In this document: one piece after another, positions 23,791 to 36,300 of the stretch
How the letters are laid out: each line of letters opens with the position of its first letter
Position numbering within the stretch: the stretch's first letter is position 1
NCBI RefSeq assembly: GCF_964355755.1
Contig: NC_092674.1
Coordinates: 20,522,001-20,586,000 of the forward strand
Length of the DNA: 64,000 bases
Direction: 5' to 3'
DNA from: Antedon mediterranea
Lineage: Eukaryota; Animalia; Echinodermata
The notes under the pieces: generated by a model
Database searches by the model: none
Seen by the model: the letters and a program-made list of their open reading frames with translations, nothing else
What the model was told of the DNA's origin: nothing
Translations under genes and position numbers: made by a program

Positions 23791-23985
23791 GTAGGCATTT
23801 ATCATTACAGGTATTAGTATTACGACGGTATATCACAATAAAATAGAAAGACTTCCTCAATAAAAAAAAATCATGGTTTATTCTATTAAAGAAAGAATTA
23901 ATATTCTCATTTATTTGTTTGTATATACTATCAGTGTTTGTACTGGGTCAACCTTTCGGTGTTTATATGCTATTGAAATTGTATT

Positions 23986-26127
23986 AACTAGATGGTACGC
24001 TCGCTTCGCTCGCGTACCATCTAGGTCGTTCCCACAGATGGTTCTCGAATACACAGTAATTTCAGCGTTAAAAAATTGGCGATTTCAAATGTAAAATAAT
24101 GCAGGACAATAATATATGTCGTTTAGAGGAACGATTAAATAGACACTGTGATTTATGTACTCAACTAAAATTAGCACACTGGGAATTACTTCCGAAAGAG
24201 AAAGTTGTCACAAAATGAGACCAATTGTTTAAGTCAAATTTAAACAAACTTAATTTGTGTTTTGTATGTAACATTATGGTTGAGAGATGGGGAAGAGGAT
24301 GGGTGCAAAGAGGAACAATTTTTAAATATATTCTTTATTTTGTAACGAAATATTAATTAACATGTTTTACAAATAATATACCACTAAACACAGTAAAACA
24401 TTGCGATGTAATACTTTGTTGAAACTATCACCGTCGTAGTCGATTGAAGTAGTACAGTACATGTAACGATACACTACGACGTATGTTTATATATAATGTT
24501 AAACAATTTGTGAAAACCACCTCTATTCGGGGCAAATCATAAATTCGATTAAATCGGTAATAAATATTAAATTACGGCGACTGAAAACGCTAGTTAGACC
24601 CACAAGAATAAAAAATGTGTATAATTTGTGTACTGTAATTTTTTAATTCTGCTATTTTATTATCAAACAATATTCATGTACTCAAAGGAACTTTAAAAAT
24701 GCGCGTATATGAACACGAGATGGGAAGATTAGACCCACGAGAATAAAAAATATATTTTTGTGTAATGTTTTTATTGTTTAATTTTGCTGACTTATTACTC
24801 GGACTGTGTCGTCATACCTAACACATACCCACGTCACACACACCCACACTACTACTAGAATAGACATGGGTTTAGAGACTAATAATTAGGCCTAATAGTA
24901 TTAATAGAAACTATAATTTCATAAGAAACGCGTAATTCTTTAGTAATAAATTATATTAAAAACACCATAAACTAAGGCTGATTATTTCGACAATCCACAC
25001 AAAACGCCGCTATTCTTTTATGAAATCCCATGCGGCAACCACAGCGGAGATAGGCCTAGAATCGTACCGCACTTGTGTAATCACTTCTTGTTGCTATCCG
25101 CTTGGGTGCACACGGAACAAGAAAATTTAACTGATGAATTATTCATGTTTGTTTTGTGACGTTTCATGAGGTACCCCAACTTATGTACGAAAAAAAAAAT
25201 CGCAGGGTGCCAACCCGATGTTGCCGTCATGAAGGCCCTAAAAAGATTACCGCGGCGCGACTTGCTTATCGCTTCGCATAAATCATGTTTTTCCACGTGA
25301 AATTGAAATTAATGCATGAAACGTACGCGAAACGTAAATAAACATTTAGAGAGGCGAATTCCTCCATGGAAATTAAATTAATTAATTAGATTACTTCATT
25401 GCGAGAGAAAGTAAATACTTCCAAAAAACCCTTCACAAGTTTCCGCTTTTTGGGTTTAGCCGCTCTTATTTATAATTATTTTATCTCAAACATTGTACAT
25501 AGAAAAGAGCAATAAATGTTACGAAAAAAAATTTCAACGATGGCGACACGATAAAAATGCGGGAAATTGTAAGCCTCTGTCTGTTGTGCAAGGAGCTAGT
25601 AGTTGTTTCAGGCAGCATGCTCTCAGGCAGCGAGCAGTTGAAATGTACGATTCCTACAACACGTAAATTGCTAGCCTAAAGAGCAGTGCGAGTCGCAACC
25701 GGTCGGAGAGTGCGAGGAGGAATTACCTACTGACGCGAACTGCATGCGTGAGTGATTTGAACATCTCACGTGACATAAATATCCAATCAGAAAACAGTAT
25801 TCTGGCTAGCTGGAAGTTTCGTTGAGCGTAAAAAAATATCGCCTCCTGTTGGAATCACTTTTCAGTCTGGAGTACGCCCTCTAGTGTTCTTATTACATCT
25901 CTCTCTGTCTTATGGCTCTCTGGCTGACTGAAATGTCTAGCGCCCTCGGGACCACAGGCTGGCCAAATGTCTAGCGCCATCGGACCACAGGCTGACCATA
26001 AAAGAACCACAGGCTTGCCGTGTGTTTGACGACCCCTGCTCCATTTATTTAGATGTTAATATCGTTTAATAGCGCCCTCTAAGATTGATATTTTCAAAAG
26101 AATATAGCGTTGTCTATAATATATAGT
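23986..26127. mobile_element. Helitron/Helentron-like non-autonomous element
   Basis: Begins AACTAG with a perfect 13-bp hairpin and probably ends ...TATAATATATAG; related terminus at 63599. Right boundary approximate. Confidence 0.5.
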
Positions 26128-27244
26128 TTGGACATGTTCTTTAATATTATCTCCGGATATGCCATTCGTTAAAGATATTGGGAGGTCTGTTCGCATATTA
26201 ATTTTAATTCACTTTTCAATGCAATCGCGTGAAATACAGATCTCTCGGATTACATAGTATCACTTGTTATTACAATGAGTAAATAGTAGGCTATAAATCT
26301 TTGTATGTAGGCATTCTTATAAAATACAATAAAGGTAGGCCTACCAATAATGTACTCCCATGAAAGAAAAAGTGTATTACTTGTGTATTTCAATATACAG
26401 AAAATCTGCTAGTTCAAATGGAAGTAAAAAAGGTGTCTTGTTAGTACAACATTTAGGTGTTTTATTAGTAATGCCAGTATGGTATTACGGTACTATCACA
26501 GCATTTTTTAAAGATAAGTATGACACACGATGTGTGCAAAACGCCTTTTTCACGAATATTTAAATTCTACTTCAATATTATACTCATGCAGTACTATGTG
26601 TATACAAATTAGTATTGTTGTAAATTGAGAAATGGAAATCTATCTATTATTATTTTTTCAATTAGTATTTTTGCTACAACTAGTTAATAAAACGTTACGA
26701 TGAAGTGAAAACCCTTGAAGTAAACAGGACGTTTACCCATCTTTCATGCATGAACTTTCTCTTTGTTTTTATTATGCACTTTCCACTTATCCACGTTACT
26801 TCTATTTACTTGATGGTACTTTCGGTACTGAATTCAAGCACCTGATGTAACCCTGTTAACTAATTAAATTGAGTTAGATAATTAGTTATTTACAATTAAA
26901 ACGAATTTAGGTTCAACGTGTGCCCAAAATAAGGGTGTTTTCCGATCGTGGTATTACTGTACACTGTCTAATAGATGTCTATCTTGATCCGTACACATTA
27001 ATACGAGGATGCTTCGCATTTTCCTATCTCCTTCTACGATAATTGTTTTTAATAGTTGAACACCGGTTAAACAGCTCGAGTAGCCTACAGCATCATAATG
27101 TTGAAGACAGGCCGCCTTTCTTTTTAAAATACTACTTTGATAGATTTAATATACGTTTATACAAATGTATTGATTTGCGATGAACGGAACATTCCAATCT
27201 CTCAGTCTCAGTATAATTATTTGGTTCAACACAAGTAGGTAAAT

Positions 27245-27371
27245 TTAGGGGTCCTTTAGGGGTTTACACATAAACGTTATTACTGTGAGTGTAATAAATA
27301 TCACAACAATCAATAACCCAGCCAAAACCGCAATTACAACATTTATACTGATCGAGTTTGAAGTATACCAT
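27245..27371 (-). pseudogene. Orphan LAMP-B-like transmembrane terminal exon
   Basis: Acceptor TTTCATTTATAG, then WYTSNSISINVVIAVLAGLLIVVIFITLTVITFMCKPLKDP*. DNA matches the gene B TM (30430-30490), and flank 26165-26680 matches 29240-29930. Confidence 0.6.
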
Positions 27372-28959
27372 CTATAAATGAAAAATGAAAGTGTGAACGA
27401 AACTTTAATAGAGCTGCAGCTGATGGGTATCGAAAGAACTGTAAGGAAACAAAACAGTCAGCTTCAGCTCATTGTAATTACTATTGAGACTTGGGGTAAG
27501 TAGTCTATGAAGGATGTATGTACTTAAAGCTAGCCATCTGTTAAATCGATACTGTTACTGTAGTCTCAGAATGTTTCCATACCGATAGATTGTGTATACA
27601 TTAAATGTTACTGTTGGGGAAATCTGTGTACCAAACTGGTTCCATGGTCTATGTATGTGTATATTCTTTTAGTCAAGATCATGTGCATTTAAACAATTAT
27701 TAATAAAGGATTTTTTTAAATAAGGTCTTTCAATGATTTGTTTAATGAAAGAATAAAGAAATCGAAGGCAATCTTCTACCATCGTTTTAATATTTAAAAA
27801 TTCAATATAACCAACAGTATGCGACTGAGCTATTGGTTGAATAGAACTAATAAAATAAGCAACGAAAGAATGGTAATGTTAAATAATATTAAATACATGG
27901 AATAGGGCAAGAAGCAATATTAACAACTTGGAAAATATTTTATAATTTATACACATTTTATTATACAGTATTATTATTAGCACCTACGTGAGGTAGGCAG
28001 TTTTACGGAGTAAACCAACGTTGACGCACACGCACGGAAGTAACACATCCGTGCGTCAACTCTGTTAAAGAAATACAAAGTTGACGTACGCGCAAAACGC
28101 GTCACCTTTGCACAATGCAAAGAAGCATGCAAATAGGTTGAGCTAAAGTTATGAAAGAGAATATGCATGTTTCGTAAAACGCAACTGCATTGGCAAGAAT
28201 AGATTAAGAAAAAAAATATCCTGATATGCATTTAAAAAATATAATTTCTACTAGGACCTACTATGCTATACTATTAAAAACATAAAAACAATACTAAGAT
28301 GTTTACAATAAATTCATGCTTTGTTATTTATATCAAATAATAAGCTGGTATCGTATTTTCAGCCTTTGGCTTACCAGTCAATACATAATTAATAGCACAC
28401 TCTATGGTTTGATATTATACAGATATTGACTGCTTAGAGGTTAAATATAAGATTTGACATTCCCGAGGGGATGTCAAATCTTATATTTAACCGATATAAA
28501 AGGCAATATCTGTTATATTATATAGCCAAGAACAAGTCTGCTGGGTTGGGTGAAGCTAGGCTAGGCCTCCTATCCTATAGTATTTGTATTGTATTTAAAC
28601 AAGCCTGCCTAGACACCTTACCTTGCGAAGAATAATATACAGATAATTACTAATTAATGATTCCTTGGCAATAAAATATTCACTTAGGCCTAGGTCGTTT
28701 AAATTAACAGAAGAATTTCCATCAATAAGCCTATTAAAAATAATAATATTATAATCAGGTAGGCCGAATAAACAATTCGTCTTCTTCTCGATCTTCGAGG
28801 AGCCGAATCACCGGATGTTCAGCGCGTACTAGTTACTAGGTTACTACTGTGAGTATTGACCAATCACAAATGGTGTTTCATCACATTTAGGGTGGACTTA
28901 TAACAAATGAGGGCGGTATGTATGCATAGTTTAAATAGTTTAGATGATTAATTTCTTCA

Positions 28960-29045
28960 AGCAACTTTCGTGGCGCAGCGGTTGAAGCGTTGTCTTGCGA
29001 TGAAGTGACAATTCCACCCGAGTTCAAGATCGAGTTGATGACTTT
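28960..29045 (+). mobile_element. tRNA-derived SINE-like head
   Basis: Box A-like TGGCGCAGCGG and box B-like GAGTTCAAG; no proper cloverleaf. Confidence 0.35.
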
Positions 29046-30219
29046 TGTTTATTTATCGGCAACGCGAGTGTTGGCACACGAAAATTACACAGTCAATATC
29101 ATCGTACTCGAGAATCTATATGTTTAATGACAGGGGACGCGAAAATTACACAGTCAATATCATCGTTCTCGAGGATATATACGATTTACATAGGCTATGT
29201 AATATATTTGTTTAGTAGCACTCTCTATATTTTGGGCCTCCTGATATTAATGTTTGGAGGTCTGCTTGCATATCAATTTTAATTTAAATCACGTGAAATA
29301 CAGATCACTCGTATTAAATAGCAACACTTGTTATTAAAAGGTACAATAAGTAAAATAATGCAATACTATACATTTGTATGTAGAGGCATATTATACATCA
29401 TCAAATTATTAATGTAATTTCAACACTTACGATGATTAAGAGCTCCCTTAGTTTTTTTAGTTCACCCTGCATATTAATATTCTACAAATTAATTTAATAT
29501 CATTAATACAATTGTTATTAATTATTAATACTGCACATGTTTTGTTAAATTGTAATGCATCAATTACTTGTGTAATTCAGAAAATTTGCAAGTTTCAAGT
29601 GAAAGTAAAAGGATATTAATATTGATTAGTGTACCCTGCTTATTAATATTCTACAACTTAATTTAATATCATTTAATACATTTTGCTAAAAATTTTATAC
29701 TGCAAATATTTGATTTAACCTTAACTACATCAATTTGATTTGTTAGTTAAAGTTGAAGTAAAAAGAAACTGCCATTTCGGCCTAAAAGTTTACGAATATT
29801 TATCTGATTTCAACAATACTCTTAATGCATTAAAAGTAATCTAGTAAGTGTATACAAATTAGTATATTGGTAGGAAATTGAGAAATGGAAATCAGAATCA
29901 ATATTCTTTAATTAGTATTTTCACTTCAACAATAATGTTATGTTGTAAATAAATTCCAATGAAACAAAACCCCAATTTATATACATTAACTTTCTCCTAT
30001 GTTATGTTATCCTTTGCTCTCTCCTCTCCTTTGCTTAAAAAACAATCATTTACAATACAGTACATTAAAAAATAATCTTGCTCTATAAATTTACTGTTTA
30101 CAGTCTCTTTATTGCAACGAAACCCACCCTTCACCCAATAAACCACATCCCCTTCCAATATACAATGCTATCATCACCATGTCTATAATAGATTGTTTCC
30201 AACAATTCACCATTTCTTA

Positions 30220-30352
30220 ATCTCTGTCTACACTATCAAACTTTATGTGACAATAACATGCCCAAATATGGACCTGATGATGTCATATCACTACTAAATT
30301 TAGGCATGTCACACTTATTTTGTCAAATTAGTTTAAAAGTGTAGATAGAGCT
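30220..30352. mobile_element. MITE, same family as 1530-1790, in the gene B 3' UTR
   Basis: CTCTGTCTACACTATCAAACT / AGTTTAAAAGTGTAGATAGAG TIRs. Confidence 0.6.
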
Positions 30353-30374
30353 TAAGTTATTTAGTAATCATTAA

Positions 30375-33300
30375 CTAATATCTTATGTCCGTGTACTTAT
30401 AAGTATTTTTATTTCCTCTTTGTAAGACAACAAATAAAATACCACCAACAATCAATAAGACAGCCACAACCGCAATTACAACACATACCACAATCAATGT
30501 TGTCTTACTACCTCCACTGTCAGCTGGGGTTCCAGTTGGGCTGGGTCCAGTTGGGCTGGGTCCAGTTGGGCTGGGTCCAGTTGGGCCGGGCCCAGTCGGG
30601 ATATGTTCAGTTGGGCTGCGTCCAGTTGGTATGGGTGCAGGAGGTGCTTCACACTCTGTTTCTGAAATGACAATAAATAGTATAGTAATACCTTTTATTA
30701 TAAACTTTTTTAAAGAATTCATCTGTTTTTGATAAATACAGTATAGTGTAATTCTTACTTTTATTACATTTAATAACATAAATTTAAATTGTTCATTTTG
30801 TTTATAATTTCAGAAAAAAAGATTGCATTTTTATTGTCTCTACAAAAGTACATAAACCCATTTGACTGTATTTGAGGTCTTTTAGCACAATAACATACTA
30901 ATAACATATGTTTCTCTGGTTACAACTACAGTATGAAAAAAGGTCACTAATATTCACTTAGTAGGCCTACAGTACTATTCATGTGACAATTCAGAAGACA
31001 CATCAGTTATAGGAAATATTACACCCAACGGATACTCTCTCAAACATGCTCCCCGTGCTGGTACTAAAAGAGGTGGTGGAGTTGCACTTCTTTACAAGGA
31101 AAGCATAGCGGTTAAATGTTATGACACGGGATTATTACCAAAATCATTTGAACTGCTAAATGTGGAAATAGTCAGCAATGCATCCTCAGTTTTCCTCGTA
31201 GCAGTATATCGTCCTCAAAGCAAATCAACGGGTTGCAGTCTAAATGTTTTCACTGAAGAATTCTCAACTTTGGTTGATCACTATGTATTGAAGCCGGCTC
31301 CCATACTATTCGTTGGAGACTTTAACATCCATGTGGATATGCCAAATGATGCAGATGCAATTCATTTTCGGAATCTACTTGTAGCAAGCAGTCTTCAACA
31401 GCATGTGTCTACACCTACACACCAACATGGTCATACATTAGACTTGCTGATCACTCGTTCATCTGATCCTCCTGTTTTCTCAAACCTTAATGTCATTGAT
31501 GGTATATCAGATCACTATGCAATCACATGTAATCTCCTTATCAAGAAGCCACCCGTAATCACTAAATCCATCGAAACTCGTCATTGGAATGCTATAAATT
31601 TTGAGACATTATGTAAAGATATCACAGAGTCTGATCTCGGAACTTCGCTCTCAAATCTTGATTTATCAAGTAAAGTACGACTATATGTCACCACTTTGAG
31701 TGAACTTCTTGACAAACACGCACCACCGAAAAAGAGAACAGTTAAGGTCCGACCAAACACTAGTTGGTATAACAGTGACATCTATGCTGAGAAAAGAACA
31801 AAGCGTAAGCTTGAAAAGAAATGGAGAATCTCTCATCTGGAAATAGATCGTCAAGCTTACATTGCACAGAAGAGGAATGTAAATTCCATGGTAAGAAAGG
31901 CAAAGGCCAACTACTACATTGGCTTGTGTGAAGAACATGCAGCAGATCAGAAAGGACTTTTTAAAATTGTTAACCAACTCCTTCATCATCGCCAGGTATC
32001 ACCTCTCCCAGATAGTCTTTCTGACTTAGATCTTGCGAACAGGTTCTGTCAGTTTTTCACAGACAAGATCAAGATCATCAGAGACGACTTCAAGATTGAT
32101 GACATGTCATTTAATGAGCCTGTGACAGCAGTTCATCAGCATCTCACAACATTTACACCAGCATCTCAAGATGAGATCCGCAACATTCTGATGAAATCAC
32201 CAACAAAATCATGCAGGTTAGATCCAGTTCCTACTTCTATACTGAAGAAGTGTATAGACGCAGTTGTTCCAATAATAACGGAAATCATTAACCATTCTCT
32301 TAATACCGGCATAGTGCCAGATGAACTGAAAATTGCTCACGTTCGTCCTTTAATAAAAAAGCAAAACTTGGATCATAACACGCTGAAAAATTACCGCCCG
32401 GTGTCGAATCTTTCTTTTCTTGGAAAGACTCTGGAGCGTGTAGTGACATCACGCATTACTCCATATCTTCAAAAGCATAATTTAAATGAGAATTACCAGT
32501 CGGCATATCGTGCATGTCATAGCACGGAGAGTTCCCTTTTAAAGGTACAGAATGATTTGTTACAAGGAATGAATGATGGGAAAATAACGCTATTGGTGTT
32601 GTTGGATTTGTCAGCAGCGTTTGATACAGTTGATCACCAAAGACTGATAACCCGTCTGAGAAATCGCATTGGCATAAATGGTGTTGCTCTTAACTGGTTC
32701 CAGTCATATCTTACAGGAAGACGTCAGCTAGTCTGTATCAATGATGCATTCTCAGATGAAGCTTGCCTGGAATATGGTGTACCACAGGGGTCAGTAATTG
32801 GGCCTGGCCAGTTTTCCATTTATACGCTTCCCCTTGGTGACATTATTCGCAAACACAGTCTACATTTCCATTTCTATGCAGATGATACACAGATTTATGT
32901 GTCAGTAAATCCAGTGCAAAGGGATGTTGCTGCAGCAATCAGTAAGATGGAAGCCTGTATAGAAGATGTTCGCAATTGGATGACAACAAATTACCTAAAG
33001 TTGAATGATGGAAAGACAGAGTTTATTATCGTCGGGTCTAAATGTAACATCTCCAAAATCAACATCACACAATCAGAATCGGAAACTCTAACATCGCTCC
33101 CTCATCGGTGGTCCGGAATCTGGGAATCATGCTGGATAGTAATCTCACTATGGAAGCACAAATAACAACTGTATCCAAAGCAGCATGCATATCGATTAGG
33201 AACCTTGGTCGTATTCGCGGTAATCTTAACAAGAAAACAGCTGAATTGATTGTACACTCATTTGTCACTTCTAAAATTGACATTGGTAATGCCTTGTTGT

Positions 33301-36300
33301 TTGGCATACCAAAATCTCAAATACAACGTTTGCAGCGCTTTCAAAATATGGCAGCTAGAATTGTAACTTATACAAAATCAAACGCTCACATAACTCCTGT
33401 CCTGATGGATTTGCATTGGTTGCCTGTTCAACAACGTATTAAGTACAAACTTGCGTTGTTTGTATTCAAGATCCTAAATGACAGTGCTCCTGCTTATTTA
33501 TCTGACCTTGTGGATCGTTACGAATCATCCCGCAGAGGCCTACGATCATTGTCACAAAACCTTCTTCAAGAGCGTAGAGCGAAAAATCAGTGGGGTCAGA
33601 GATCTTTTTACGTTGCGGCCGCAAGTGTATGGAACAGCTTACCAGCAACAGTTAAATGCTCAACTAGTCTAAACAGTTTCAAGACCAACCTAAAGACGTC
33701 GCTATTCGCTGATGTTCTCGCACGTTGTTAATGCACAAAGCGCCATGAGCGCCACATGGGTGGAGGATACCGGCGCTATATAAGTTTTCATTTATTATTA
33801 TTACAATTGAGTCATGGTAGTTTACATTTTAATCCTATTATTATTAACAAAATGTTTTAAATATAGTACATTATTCAATGAATGAATGCATGCATTCAAT
33901 TTTAATTAAATTTAAGTTACTGTTGTAGGACCCCACAAAATAAAGTTATTGTTGTAGCTTGTATTGCCTTTCCTTTCCGATTTTTTTTTTAGTGTTGTAA
34001 AATATGTATTATACTGTCAGTGTCATCAACATTATAATTAAGACAAAGTTAAATGTCCAAAGTATGCAATAAACTTACTAGTTCCATAACCACCACCTGA
34101 AACAGCCTGTGCAAAAGGTTGCATTTTGACATTAAACATGCTGACTCCAATAGGACTAAGACCAAGATTGAATTCCACTTTATCACAACCAATGTAACTT
34201 CCAATCTCAGCAGACGGTTGGTAGTCCTTCGTTTTCTCATTAAACATTTGTCCTGATATTTAAAAAAAAGTGACCAAATGATATACAGTAAGACATTACA
34301 AAATTGTAATGTTACGGACTGACTTAAATAAGTCTAGAATCAGTTTTTCTTTAAAATCAAGCATTCAAAAAGGGCTTCTCTGATGAACAGTTTTGTTTAG
34401 ATAAAATTAAAATTGCATGCAATGCATGAATGATTTTTCCCGCAATGCATAATTATTAATTCTTTTTTTTAATGAAGAATTCATGTCATTGTCATTAATA
34501 AAAATCAAAATAAAATACAAATTTTGATTTGACCGATCAACCCTACTGTATGTTTCAATTAATACATGCACTTGGGCAACACAATTTTTGTTTACATAGC
34601 CTGAATAATTTCAGAACAATGTGTAATTTACAACTTTACTTTAAAAGCGTTTTATTATTAAATAATAAAATGCTATACCTGATCGTTTTATATTTGTAGG
34701 AAAATGATTGTCAACAACATACTGGAGTGTGACCGTATCTAGTTTATATTTGCCACCATCTTTAATAAAATCCAGAATAAACTTCCAGAGAAGTCTTGAA
34801 TCACTCGGAGATAAGTAGAAGCGAAGTAGGAGTTTAGCAGACTGAGCATCACAAGTAGACTCATCAAACATTGCATAACTTGCCAAATCAACATCAACGG
34901 TGCTGTTCTATGGCAAGAGAAACAAACAAAATAAATTAAATAAACGATCCTACTACACTACACTCAATAAAGAGGTGGATCCATAGAATGCTACGAGTGT
35001 GCTCCTTTTTTAAATCTAAAATAAAATTATAAACAACTTCTTTATATACTGTGTCTATTTTTGTAAGACTAACATTACAAAATTTAACTGGCTCCACCCT
35101 TAGGAAGATAGTGCAATTTAATAATCTCCAGATACTAGGAGTGTTTAGTATTAGATGGTTCGATTTAGTTATAATTTTGGATTGAAGTTGATTAGGGATT
35201 AATGCTACATTTAGAGCCTAGGATTATGTGGTACCAATTGTTATAGTTTTGAGGCTTCTGATGTTTAAGTAACACTAAATAAAAACAAATATTCAACATT
35301 ACTTTACAAAAAACACATAATATGTCTTCCTATATTTATGCACTTGTCAATTGTATGACCCATTATACAACCCCGGGAGAGGTACGTCGTTTAAAATAAT
35401 TACTGACGCAGGGGTGCGTCAAAAAACCTAGATGGTACGTCACATCAATGAACAAAGGTGTGTCAATGTCCGTCACTTTACTACCCACCATATCATAAAC
35501 AACATGTTCACAGTGCGTCAAAATGGGTTCGTTATGGTCACCTAAAGTAAGTCAAATATTTGACGGATGGGTGGGTCATGGTATTCATAAGGTATGATAC
35601 ACCGAGAGAGAGAGAGAGTTGTATAGTGGGTCATACAATTGACAAGTGCATTTTATTAACTGTTTGCATCAATATTCAACTTTTATAGGTTTTTGGTTTC
35701 AGTTTCAACCTGTCAGCGAATGTAGAACGACGATTAAACTAAATGGTTAAAATTATCACTACAGTTTAATATTTAATTTTCTAAAGAAAAGCAGATAATA
35801 ACAAAAGAAAATTAAATATTTACATTATTTACCATTACAAAAGAACCTATTAAACACTGTATAATGCATTTATTTTATACATCACTATTGAAAAGCGTTT
35901 ATTCTGTAAATGAATGAAACTAATGGATAACTAGACATGAAACTCGTCACTTTGACGAGTTAGTTATCCGCACGACAAACGCCACGTGCACGTCATACGT
36001 TGGAATATTGGACACAGAAAAAAGATTATGGCATTATGACCTGAAGAAGAATATGATTATGTTATTATTGCTGAATTCTGTTATTTTGTGTCATATAGTA
36101 TACACAGTATAATCTGTATACATCACATACAGTGTAGAATAGGTGAAATTACGGGACCCACTATTTATTCCCATTTTTAACATGTTGACGGTTTCAAAAT
36201 GAAACCCGAAGGTAGCAATTTTGGAAGGAAATTATCTCAGCAACAACATATTAGCATGTATAAGAAATTTGAATACGTGAAATATTGATGCGCGCTCTTT

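Noticed and set aside
28960-29045. tRNA gene
   Set aside because: A/B box-like motifs only; acceptor and anticodon stems could not be formed.
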